A DNA stretch of 36,529 bases from Jimgerdemannia flammicorona. Its lineage: Eukaryota. A program made the translations under genes and the position numbers. A model generated the notes under the pieces. The model was not told the origin of the DNA. It saw only the letters and a program-made list of their open reading frames with translations, and ran no database searches. Positions 1 to 11,347 of the stretch are shown here, in pieces (within the stretch, counting starts at the first letter, position 1; every line of letters begins with the position of its first letter). The stretch lies in NCBI GenBank assembly GCA_003990765.1, contig RBNJ01000214.1:1-36529 (forward strand). The letters run 5' to 3'.

Positions 1-104
1 GGGGAGTCTCTAGGGAGATTGGGTAGGGGTGGGACACTGTGTATTATATAGAGGATAGACAGGTGTATTGGTAATAAAGGAGTCCAAGTGACTATAAAAA
101 AAAA
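1..104 (+). mobile_element. 3' end of a non-LTR retrotransposon (LINE-like) with poly(A) tail, inserted into the protease region of element A
   Basis: AATAAA at 73-78 and A9 at 96-104. The Gypsy protease sequence stops abruptly at 105. The tail (ttggtaataaag..gtcc..gtgactataAAAA) resembles the minus-strand tail at 31506-31545. Confidence 0.6.
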
Positions 105-2230
105 GGTATCCAGGAATTGTTTGGCAATGACATAGATAGCTGCTCCTATATCTATGAGGATTTTTGCTTTTTGTCCTCTAATATCTCTATATAAGTAGAT
201 ACTGATATATCTCTCTGCAGCCTAGGTAGATATTGGGGCTGGCTCTTGCTGTGGAATGAGAACCCAGCTAGTGCTAGACCAAGTGGTTCTTAGTAATTTG
301 TTTCAAACTCTAGCTAGTGTCAGTTGCAGGAATTGCAGGAGAGGGACTTCCATCTTGGCTTCTTGAATCTTCTGCCAGGCTTTATTGTAGATATCTCTAG
401 GTATGGTCTTTGGAGTGTACTTCTTTTTGGGCTTTGAAGTAGCAGGCTCTTGTTCTTCTTGTTTCATTTCTTCATCTTCTGGTGGCAGCTCATTTGTCTC
501 AGAGACAAAAAGTGAAGGAGTCCAGGGAGGTGTTTCTACTTATTCCTCTTTGTATTCTTTATCTTCTTCTTGAATAATTCTTCTGCTAATGTTTCTGGAT
601 GGCCTTCCTACAGGTCTCTTCCTCTTCTCTGCTGGATAGACTGTTTTTTGGATGGTAACCTTGGTGGGGTACAAGTCTAGGTTACTGTAGTCTTCACTGT
701 TACTTGCTTCCTTGAAATCTTCAACAGAATAGACTTCAGTCTTCTTGTACTGAGTTTTATTCCTTTGGTTTGGTGGTTCTGAGTCCCTTTGGTCACTTCT
801 TTTATTGTCACATTCAGTGGCATAGTGTCCCAACTATCCACAGTGGAAGCATTGGACTTGTGCTCTATCTCAGACAGAGTACCTTCTTTCCTCTTGCTGG
901 TAATTCCTATTATCTCTTGGTGGATAACCTTGGCTCCTCTGTGGTGGGTATCCTCTGTTGTCTTGGTAGCTCCAATTTTCACATGTGGTGAGTTTTTCAA
1001 TTTGTCCAACCAATTAGTCCAACTTGGAGCTGAGGTCTTGGATTTCACTTCTATTCTTCTTTCCTTCTTTGGCTGGCTTTCTTTCTTCAGATCTTTCTTA
1101 TCCTTGAAGGAGTCCTTGTAGGGCTTTGACCAAGATGTCTTCTTTATCTTCTTTCTTATCATGATCACTCCAGGTAGTTCCTTGTCTGACATCAAAGAAT
1201 CCTTGGGCTGCATCTACTTGCTCTTCAGATCTTCTGATACCTAGGATATAGATATGCTGGGCAATGTTTGGGGGAATTCTATTCATGAAAGTCATTGGAC
1301 CTATGATGTCCTAGTTTGTGGCATTGAACCCAGCAGCATGTATTCTCTTCTGGATTCTTGTGAAGAAGGCTCTGGGCAATTCTCCAAGATTCATCTTCAT
1401 TCCTATGATGGATTCTTGAGCCTTATGGGGGGTTTCATTTCCTGCATACTTTTCAATGAGCCAGTGGACCATGGCTATATATTCTAGCTCATAAGACATT
1501 GCTGCCTATATCTGTCTCACCAATTCTGAATCAGGGTTATCTACTGTTTAATGGAAAATTCCTCTGGCTGGTTCTCTGAGCTGAGCCTTGTAGATGGCAA
1601 TTTTTCTTTCATCTGAGAGATTCCTCAGAGCTACAATTTCTTCAATTCTATCAAGGAATTCTCTGGGGTCTTCCTCTGGATATCTTGCAAAGATTGGCAA
1701 TGAGGTGATCATTTTATTATCACTTTTCTCTGATTCTGGTTCTGGTCCAAATTCTGATTCTGATTCACTTTCTGAGCTGTTACTGGAGATGGGGGTGCTT
1801 GGGCATCCTGAGGATGGTGTTCTGGATCTTAGACGAAGTAGAATGAGCCTAGGTATTCTTGTAGGAACTACTTCCAATTCTGCAAGAGGTTGTGGTAAGG
1901 GTTCTATTGATGAGATTGATGAGACTGGTATGGGGTGTCTGGCTGTAAGATCTCAGGTTTGTGTGATAAGATCTTCTAGTTCTTGTGCAAGTTCTTTAAA
2001 GTCTCCAACAAGGCCACCTGTGTTGTCTAATTGATCTGGTTGGGGATTTCAGGCTGTACTGCCTTCTGGTTCTGGTTGGGATCCTTCTGATGTTGGGTAG
2101 TTGGCAAGTCTTGATGTGATTACTTCTCTTCTTGTCCAGATGCTGGTGATAACTAGTTCTTCTGTAATGGCAGAGATTGGTATTATATCAAATATATCCA
2201 GTTTGGCTGTGGGTTTTTGTGAGCTGAAAA
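105..2230 (-). pseudogene. gag: gag-protease pseudogene of element A
   Basis: Capsid-like LPIFARYPEEDPREFLDRIEE..YKAQLREPA (1548-1877 ORF), zinc knuckle CFHCG*LGHYATEC (~810-851) and degenerate aspartic protease motif IDIGAAIYVI (~125-157). Multiple stops and frameshifts. Confidence 0.8.
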
Positions 2231-2250
2231 GTCATGTCAATTTTAAAATC

Positions 2251-2268
2251 TTCCCAGTTGAGTCCCCA
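2251..2268 (-). promoter_or_regulatory. primer-binding site, tRNA-Pro type
   Basis: TGGGGACTCAACTGGGAA lies 2 nt after the LTR end (TACA|TT) and resembles the canonical Pro PBS TGGGGGCTCGTCCGGGAT, mostly with transition changes. Confidence 0.7.
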
Positions 2269-2699
2269 AATGTAATGTACCTGGCTCAATGGAGGCAAAT
2301 TATAAGGTTGGAGGTTAATGTAGTTTGGTTTGAGCCCCTAGTTACTTTGTCAAAAAGCAACAAAATATTCTAAGATTCCTGAGGTCCTTGGTGTTTAGTG
2401 GTATAATAGTCAAAGCTGGATATCTGCAAGTGATTTGTATGTCGATTTCCTAATTGGGATAGTTCTCTGAATATAGGGGCGATTTGTGTAAATGGGTTTT
2501 CTTCTTGGATCAATCTGGGAATTGGTAGAATTTCATATATGACATGATGATCTTTGTACATGATGATCTTATGTAGTATGAGTTCTTTATGTATGATTGT
2601 CTGGAAATTTAGCAGTTCTTCTTATACAATTTCTGTGTGATGATCTTGGTGCAATGATCTCTATATAGCACAATGATCTCCAAATGTATGTGATTTCTG

Positions 2700-3070
2700 G
2701 CAGATGACTTGGTTTAGCATGGCTTCCTCTAAATCAGCTCACTGGGAACAATGGATAACTTGGTAGTAGATATCTTGGATTACTCAGATAACTCAGGTGT
2801 TACAGGAGGCAGATAATTCAATAACTCAGATAGCTCAGGTAACTTGGATGTCGCAGATTCTTCCTAAATCAGTGGCTCTCTGGGAAATAACTCAGATGGT
2901 ATGGATTCTTCTGAATTGGTGGCTTCAACTGGGAATACTACTTGGATGATGCAGATTCTTCCTGAATTGGCAGGCTCTTCTGGGAATATGTTGGTGCAGA
3001 TTCTTCCTGAATCAGTGGAGTTCTCTGGAAATACAGATAACTCAGAAATGATAGCTTCAACTGGGAAATG
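2700..3070. repeat. imperfect internal repeats in LTR A
   Basis: Recurrent gcagattcttcct(g/a)aat and ataactcag(a/g)t motifs. Confidence 0.6.
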
Positions 3071-3471
3071 TGCTGGCAGCTTTTGGGAAAGGGTCTTTTG
3101 GCAAAGTTGTATCAAAGACTGGCTTCATTTGTATGAATGAATCACTGTGAAGTTGTATCAGAAACTGGCTTGAGCAAGGTGGCTTTCTCTTAGGTAGTGG
3201 AAACTTGGGTTCTTCAGGCTTATCTGGCAAGCATACTAATAATTCCAAAGGCAGCAAAGTTCTTCCTTGAACTTGGTAGCAAAATCTTCAAGCTTTGTAT
3301 CAAAAAGTAAACTGGAGTGGAAATAAGGAGACCAATGCTCAATCTTTAGAGGCTTCTTTGGTTTGCACTTTAATTTGGACTGAGGTTTATTTACTCTTGT
3401 CTCTGGGGTAATTTATACATTATGGTTGCAATCTGGTTACTACATGGCTAACTATAGATTACTATCTATAG

Positions 3472-3593
3472 TAAGTGTATAGGTCTTGCACAGGTGTGTA
3501 GGTCTTATACAGGTATATAGATCTTACACAGGTGTGTAGGTCTTATACAGGTATATAGATCTTGCACAGATGTGTAGGTCTTGTACAGATATA
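3472..3593. repeat. 19-bp tandem repeat (~6 copies, alternating two variants) in U3 of LTR A
   Basis: Units caggtgtgtaggtcttata / caggtatatagatcttaca start at 3472, 3491, 3510, 3529, 3548 and 3567. Confidence 0.9.
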
Positions 3594-3709
3594 CCTTATC
3601 TGATAGTCTGGCTATTTATACAGCTTTTCATAGCAATGGTTGCTGGTTGCTATATATTTATGTCATCTGGCTAAGTTATAATTTGGGTGGTACATTCTGA
3701 TTTGTCACA

Positions 3710-6700
3710 CTAGTTATGAGAACTTTCTTTAGAGTATAGTTTCTTAGCATATCCTTCTGATTTATTAGAGTTGGTGAGAAAGTATATCAATATTATTGTG
3801 GGCTTTCTCTGTATTATAGATAATAGTGATTTTGTAATTCTATAGAATTATGATCTAGCAGACAAGAATTCTAGTAAGTTTCTTATAGTTGAATAGCTAT
3901 TTGAGAGATAGCATATTTAGTTATTAGAGTAAACCTTTTTCTAATAAGATAGTGCTTGAAAGAGATGACTGCTTATATATTATAAGATATTCCAATTTGA
4001 TGTTACTATAGTTGACTTACTACTAGCTGATAGCTCAGCTTGCATAAGCTATTATATAGTACTGCTAGTTAGTTTCTTTTTGAACTAAGACTGCTCTGAG
4101 GCTATCTTTGGAGATATCTATATATAAGATGAATGATTTCTGTAGGTTGGGCTATATAAGAACTAGTGCTATAGTTATATAGTACTTGAGTTCTCTGAAG
4201 GCTAGTTTTTGTAGGTTTGTCTATTTATATAGTACTTCTTTCTTGAGAAGAGTTCAAATTAGTATAGTAATCTGAGCAAAGTTCATAATAAATCTTCTAT
4301 AATAGGATATTAATTTCAAGAATAATAGTATTTCCTTTAGAGTCTTGAATACTGGCCAGTTGTTGATCTTTTTAGTTTTCTTTAAGTCTAAATAGATTTT
4401 GTCTTTTGAAACTATAAATCTAAGAAATTTAAGTTTCTGTTTTCCAAAGTAATACTTCTTGATATTGAGTCTCAGATAATTCTTTCAGATGAGTTAAAAG
4501 AACTCTTCTAGTTATTATAAATATTCCTTAAAAGTTGCTGAAAAGATATTGAAGTTATCTATATAGATAATTAAATAGTAGTAAATTAATAGAATATATA
4601 CTGAGTTTATAATCCTCTAGAGATTAAAGTATATTATAGAGTTCAAAAAGTAGAGATATTTAAATAGTTTTTCTAGGGCAAGAAAGGCTGTTTTCTAAAT
4701 ATCCCTAGAGTCTATAGAGATCTTATAGAATCCTATAAAGAGATTCATACTGCTGAAATATCTAGTATTCTGTAATTGGTCTAGATGATCATCATTTCAG
4801 AGTAAGAAATAAGTATCTTTTTCTGTCACTGAGTTGAGCTTTCTGTAATCTATATAGAGTCTCTATTCTTCTTTCTTTAGTATAATAAGTATAGAGTTAA
4901 CTTAGAGGGTAATAGAGAGTTGAATAACTCTATTGTCTAAGCATTCCTAAATATATTCTTTCTCAAATATCTTTAGATAGTAGGGTATTCTATAAGGCTT
5001 CTGCTGATAGATATTATATTTTCTATATTTATACTATAGTAGTATAATAGATTTATGATATGTTACTATAGTCTATAATAAATATTATCTGATATTTATA
5101 TAGGAGTTCTGCTAGTTGCTACTATTGCTGAGATATTAATTCTTCTTTAATATTGATAGAAGGTTTTACTTTCTCTTGAATCATAGAGAGGTCTTTCCTT
5201 TCTTCTGAGACCTTTTGCCATTTCCTAATAGATTTAATTCATAGACTTCTCTGTATGTTTAATTGAGATAAAGTACTAAGTAGCCTATGATAATTTCTTT
5301 TAACAAAATAAGATTATCTCAGCTTTAATTAATTGCTCAAAAATATACAGGATTCATCTTGTTAGAAAATATGTGACCTTATATATCAAGGTTTCTGAGA
5401 TCTTTATTTAGCTTAAAAAAGTGATTTCTGGGGTCTAGTGGTATAAAGATTTCAAAGATAATATACTCTCCTAAATTCGGGATGAGATTCTTGAGAAGTT
5501 TAACTGATTGGTACTGTACTTAATGGAGTACATTTTTCTTGAAGTAATTGACTTAAAGGAGATATACTTTCTTCTTATCTGAGCTTTTAAATCCTTTAGT
5601 CCACTTTGTGCCTTGGGTCAGTTCAGAGACTTTCTGAAGTTAAAGTATCTCAATCTTTATAAAGACTACTTGAGAAATTTTCTCTTCTCTATAGATTCAA
5701 ATCTATTCAGTACTGCTATTCTTCAAGATGACCTTGATATTACCTATATATCCAGGGTCTATTATTTCTCCTTCTATAGTAACTTCTTATTTTGTAAGTC
5801 TGAATCTTAAGGTCAGTTAGATATAAGTTCCTTGGAGTAGCTATATATCAATTCCTATACTAAGAAGTACTATACTTCTATAGCTAATAGTGTCATCTCA
5901 GAGACTGCAAAGATCATAGCCTTTCTTGTAAGCTTTTGTTGGGAGTCTGGCTTCAGGGTATAGTAGAATATATATACTATATAATGGTCTTACTGAGAGC
6001 AAGCTATTCTTGGGCTGAGGCTCTAGTAGTTATGAGTCTCTATATTATAATATCAAGGTGCAGCCATCTAACTCTAGTAGAGAGGTCTCAGAGATAGTTA
6101 ATTCCTCTTTTTTTCAATAGAGAGGAGGGCTTTCATAAAGTTGATAGTATCTTTTATTCATTTTTAGTAAGCTATATATCTAATGAGAGCTAGAATATTA
6201 TCTTCTAGATTATAGATCTTGAGAGTTCTTTTTGTAGGTTTCTTGGCTTAGTCTTTTTAGATTCTAGTTTGGTCATCTCCTCTCTTGAGTATATATATTA
6301 TAATATCTTGACTGAGATATATCTTCTCATATTAGTAGCTTGGGTGTTTTTTATAGAGATAATATCTCATTACTTAGAAGTACTGTTTTTAGTTATCAAT
6401 ATCTTAATATTTTAGAAATCAGTAATCTTCTCTAGTATAGATAGAAGGAAGAGTAGCTAGAGGCTATACCTTTGTATAGATATAGTATCCTCTTTCATAA
6501 GATCATTTTGTTAATATGATAGTTGTTTCTTGATTTATAGTTATCTATATAATAATTACTAGAGATGCTAATTCAGAGTATCTTTGTCTTTCTTGCTAAT
6601 CCAATAAGTGGCACTAATAGCAGTAGTCTCAGAAAGAGTGAAAGACTATTTAATACTAGCATCTTCTTAGCTAAAAGACTCTTTCTTAATTTTTTTATTA

Positions 6701-8085
6701 TCTTAAAACAATAGTGACTATATTTGATCCTTCTTTAATATTCTAGATATTATCATATTCTAGTAGTATCTAGCAAGAGTTATATTAGAGAATTAGCTCA
6801 AAGAGTTATTCTGATTCAAAAACTTCTTAATTAATTATTTCTTATTCTCAGATCACTTGTACTTTTGTAGTTTTAGTTATAAGTATCTTTGGTGAGAAGA
6901 TATATTTTCTCTTTCTTTTTTTATATTTAGAGTATACTATATCTTATTCTAATAATTTTAGAAAAATTTTTGAGATATTTGTATCTTTTGAAATAGGTGA
7001 GACATTCTTTAGCTATCTAGAAATAACTCTAATTATGATGAGAATTATATTTTATACCCATATATTATCTTCCAGCCTGGCATTTATTAAGTTGATTTAT
7101 GCATTAAGTCTGAGATTATTTTCATCTTCAGATTCTTTCTCTTTCTCTATAGTAGATTCTTTACTGCTGATGTATTCTTCTTAGATAGTAATCTTTTTCT
7201 TCTTCTTAGATTGCTTATAGATAATTATCTTGATTTGATTTTTTTTTTTTCTCTATAGTTAAATTTGAGCATCTATTGATCAATATTAATAACTTATATT
7301 TATTTTGTTCATCTAGTTAGTATCAAGAATTATGTATAAGTAATAGCTTTGATAATAACAACCTTTAAGATAGAAAACTAGATATATCCAAGAGTAATAG
7401 TAATGTTTAATACTTCTCCTAGAGATTGAGTTTAGGCTTTATCTACTACTATGATACTGAGATTAAATAATCTATCAATGGACTACTGAAGGGTATCTAG
7501 GAATCTTTTAGCAATAATATAGATAGCTACTCCTGTATTAAGGGAATTTTTACCTTTTATCCTTTAATATCTCTATATAGATATATGCTGATATGTCTTT
7601 CAGCAGTCTGGATAATAGTTGGTATAGATTCTTGCTGTATAATTAGAACTTGGTCTGTGCTAGATCTGGTAGTTCTTAATAAGAATTATAAGAGAGATAC
7701 TTCTATCTTGGCTTTTTGAATCTTCTTCTGAACTTTATTGTAGATCTTTTAGGGTATAGTCTTTAGAGTATATTTCTTCTTGAGTTTTAAGATTATTGAC
7801 TCTTATTCTTCTTACTCTATCTCTTATCTTCAGATAGAAGATTTCCTTTATAAGTTATAGTTTTGAGAACAAAGAGTAAAGAAGACTAGAGAGATATTTT
7901 AATCTACTCTTCTTTATCTTCTCTATCTTTTTTCTGAATAGTTCTTCTGATTATACTTCTAGATAGTCTGTTTACTAGAATTTCTCTTATCTTAGTAGGT
8001 TAGACTATTTTCTTACAAATAGTCTTAGTTGAATATATGTAGGTCTAGATAGCTTATCTTTCTCTGATATTATTTGGGTTACACA
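3710..8085 (-). mobile_element. pol: heavily degraded Ty3/Gypsy element B (gag C-terminus, PR, unknown domain, dUTPase, RT, RNase H), same family as A
   Basis: 7492-8050 aligns by eye with 105-680. RT motifs RLYIDYRKLNSVT, KTAF and YIDN (~4554-4565). RNase H tail KAHNNIDILS ends ~3775. Confidence 0.85.
5578..5965 (-). pseudogene. dut: dUTPase domain of element B (degraded)
   Basis: Translation PEARLPTKAYKKGYDL...TIEGEIIDPGYIGNIKVILKN...KISQVVF...KGFKSSD matches dUTPase motifs 1, 3, 4 and 5. Confidence 0.8.
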
Positions 8086-8089
8086 AACT

Positions 8090-8623
8090 TTAGACAATAC
8101 TTTCTATAGATTTTTTGGAGAAAAGATAATAGAAACATAGTGATTAATAAGTAATTAGAAAAGTGTACTGGGCAGGATGACTTTAGTGTATTTGACTAAC
8201 AGTATATAAAGAGGAGCTATGGCTTGAGAGAAAGTCTGTTGAGCTCTCATTCAGATAGACATAAGATTGGTAATAATGAAAGGCAAGGTACTGATGGACA
8301 GAGAACTAGAAGAGTGAGCTTTACTGAAAAGGTCAAGACTGAAGGTTAGTTGATAGGCTTAAATAGCTAACTGCAGAAAGATATGAAGAAGGTAAGGGCT
8401 ACAGGGCCTAGAGAGATAGCTCAGAGTAGTAGTAGTAGCAGAACTAAGAGAGTATATCAGAAAAAAAACTTCAGTTTATATTTACTAGTTTGTATTTATA
8501 GCTATTCAGATTCATATTATTTAATATAGTTTAAGTTTACAGCTATTTAGTTTGTATTACTATATATTTCTATCTATGTACTTACTATTTAATTTATGTA
8601 GCTATATCTTCAAAAAAAAAAAA
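8090..8623 (+). mobile_element. possible 3' fragment of a LINE with poly(A) tail
   Basis: Purine-rich, degraded coding-like segment (Trp-rich, YKEELWLERK), T-rich 3' region and A12 at 8612-8623. It truncates element B. No TSD confirmed. Confidence 0.35.
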
Positions 8624-8700
8624 CAAATCTATTAGCAACTATTAGTTAGTATCTATAGTTATTCAAGTTTATATTATGAAATTATAGTTCATATATTATG

Positions 8701-10095
8701 CTTTCTCTCTATATTCTTAGTAATTTAGTATAGAAATTTAAGGCTTAGTTCAAAACTGATAAGCATGGCTATCTAGATAAGAAAAATAATAAACAAATAA
8801 TATTTATTAACAGAATGGATCTGTGACTTAACTATTCTGATTTCCTAAATAATATTCTTAATATAATCAATAAAATCCAGATATTTATTACTATATAGTC
8901 AAGATGGAAAAAAATATAAATTATAGCCAATAAAGGATTATTTTATATAAGTGAAACAGGAATAATGCCATTACTACCTCCAGCTTATAATGAAGAGTTC
9001 TCTGATATTAGAGAATGAGTCTTGATAAAACAAAAAGCTGCTATTAGTACCAAACAAAATACCAAGTACCAAAAGTAATAGTAACTTCTAAAGAAAGCCA
9101 AACAGACTAACAAAGTTAACAAAATACTTTAATAAATTGATATCTCCCTTAGATGAGCTTAGTACTCTAAATGAGTCAATTTAATCCAGATTGGATTCAG
9201 ATTGGATTCAGATTGAATCCCATCTAGATCAACCATTGTTTTGATTTTCAAATTAAATAATTTAATGTTTATATCAATAACTCAATGAATAATTATCCAA
9301 TTTTAATAATCTTAGTGTCATTTGCAAGCCCTTAATAAGGCCTTTCTAATGATACCAAGAATATTAAAATCAAATTAGGTATTGCTGAGCTATTAAGAAA
9401 AATGTTCTTTTGAAGAAATTTTCAAAATTGATAAGTCAAATAATTTCCAAAATTAGCAAGTCAGACATTTTGCTTGATAACTCAGCAATGTATGATCCAA
9501 TTTCAATGTTCTTGATTTTATTAGAAAGGCCTTATTAAGGGCTTTCAAATGATACCAAGATAATCAAAAATTGGATGATTATTCATCAAGTTATTGATAT
9601 AAACATTTAATTGTTTAATTTGGAAATCAAAACAATAGTTGATTTAAATTGCTCTGAATGGAATTTGAATCTCATCTAAGTTGATCCCATTGGAGTTAAT
9701 TCAGATAGAATTTGAATCTGATCCAGATCAACTCATTTGGAGTACTAGATGAGCTCAAGATGTAGTTTCTGGACATAACTCAAAGTCAATAAACTTAACC
9801 AGAATATACTCTGAATTGTATAAATGTGCCACCAATGTTACCTCTAAGAACACTATTATAGAAAATCATCTATTTAGTAAAAATTGTAACATAATAATAA
9901 ATTCAGTACAACAAGACTGAGAAAGAACAAAAAATAGTAATCACCCTATTTGATCAAAATAGCACCACCTTATCTTACTAAGAGAAGAAGGCCAAAAGTG
10001 AAACAATGTAGTCAAAGAAATATATCAGATTTATGATATAACTTCTCACCTAATACTAAATCAGATCCACTATCTATAAGGAGGAAATAAATGAG
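8701..10095 (+). pseudogene. unidentified degraded reading frame split by the MITE
   Basis: A single frame is maintained on both sides of the MITE after removing one TSD (e.g. GLFYISETGIMPLLPPAYNEEFSD; 54 stop-free codons from 9756). Stops are compatible with C>T decay. Confidence 0.4.
9160..9747. mobile_element. hAT-type MITE with long inverted arms
   Basis: TIR tagtactctaaatgagt / actcatttggagtacta, perfect 8-bp TSD GATGAGCT (9152-9159, 9748-9755), internal ~250-bp inverted arms. A younger copy starts at 36373. Confidence 0.92.
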
Positions 10096-10588
10096 ATTTA
10101 ACTTAAATATAAAAAGATGAGATATATATATTTACTATTCAAAATATATCTGTAATAAATCTGTAAACTATACTATAAACACTACTATACTATAAATACT
10201 ACAAATAATAAATACCACAAATACTATATATAAAAATCTCAACTTATATTAATAAAGATTTGGTTTTAATAATAATCTATAAACTCTTATATTAAATATA
10301 ATTTATTATTAAATATATACTTCTAATGTTACTATATACTTCTTAAATAAAAACTAGTCACAATTGCAAGTAATGCTAAGTTTATACAACTGTATTTTCA
10401 GTCTATATACTTTGTTATTTAGTCTAACTATATGTTTACAAATTAAATATATATTTAAAATATTTCTTCTATAATACAATCTATTGTAACGGTGACCCCA
10501 GAATGATGACATCAGCACAGGAGACAGCCTTTCCTTGCAAGCCACCAGATCGAAGCACAAGAAGATCATACAGTATACAAGATGAGCA

Positions 10589-11330
10589 ATGATGACCAAC
10601 TGTGAGTCATTGTGACTACAGCACAAGCATCCTGAAGAATATAAAAGAAGGATCAAGGAACCGCAGTAGCAGCAACCAACAAGGATCACCATTGCCACCA
10701 AATGCCTTCAAATATGGCAGGAGTACGAAATAGGAAACCTCCTCTGCTGGGAGTTCCCAGAAGCCAGCACCCAAGAGCTACAAGATGCCACCCCCATGGA
10801 CCTACGTGAAACAAGGACAGCTAAGAAGATCCATCAGATCTTCAGGCATGCACCATAGTCATCCCCAACTTGGAGTATGTTAGAGTCTCAGACTTCAGAG
10901 ACCTGTCATCCCGCCGTATCAATGCACTAGAAGCCAGAGTAGCTACAGAAGTCCAGTCCACCATCACCCTCAACAGCGAAGAAGTAGAAGACTTCTGGCA
11001 CCCTATCCTCCAGGACAACCCAGACCAATTCCTGCAAGGATTGATCTCAGTATTCCAAGGCCCAAGCATCCGGGTTAGATCTCCCCAAGACTCCACATTT
11101 GTTCCCTATTTTGTGGAAGAGAACTTCATAGACTGGAGAGCTCCAGATCTCCTTGTTCCCGATTTTCCCGCCACTGCCAAACGTGATGACATCTTCGGTG
11201 ATGACGTCATCCCGCGTGACATCGACATACGCGAAGCACGCGAAAATGATGAATTCGCGGATCTCATCTCCTTCAGTGATGAGATGATGATGATGATGAA
11301 GCCCCCATGGTCCTGAACTTTCTGCTCTAA
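10589..11330 (+). pseudogene. U3-encoded ORF of unknown function, 5' LTR copy
   Basis: Contains ORF 10870-11316. Its private lesions (stop + 1-bp deletion ~10856-10861, frameshift in the GAT run) differ from those in the 3' copy. Confidence 0.65.
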
Positions 11331-11347
11331 GTTCTTTGTTACACTGA

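Larger units (their letters stand above)
105..3709 (-). mobile_element. Ty3/Gypsy LTR retrotransposon A (5' LTR + gag + start of protease; remainder beyond the LINE insertion/window edge)
   Basis: LTR TGTGACA(3709)...CATTACA(2271), then a PBS, gag with CCHC knuckle and a protease motif. It lies directly against the RNase H end of element B. Confidence 0.85.
2271..3709 (-). repeat. 5' LTR of element A (~1.44 kb)
   Basis: TG...CA termini, adjacent PBS, TATAAAT (3417-3411) and AATAAA (3391-3386). The partner LTR is not in the window. Confidence 0.7.

Noticed and set aside
770..2373. Plus-strand ORFs (789-1121, 1594-2034, 2101-2373 etc.)
   Set aside because: Antisense shadows of the element A gag frame; no independent motifs.
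7239..7250. T12 run resembling a retroposon tail
   Set aside because: It falls within the protease C-terminus of B (NYRxKK.., compare INYRGRK in D), so it is a homopolymer expansion.
10354..10701. Hydrophobic minus-strand ORF (and 17421-17690) suggesting an env or membrane protein
   Set aside because: Antisense of purine-rich LTR sequence. It crosses the LTR boundary into unrelated flanks in each copy.
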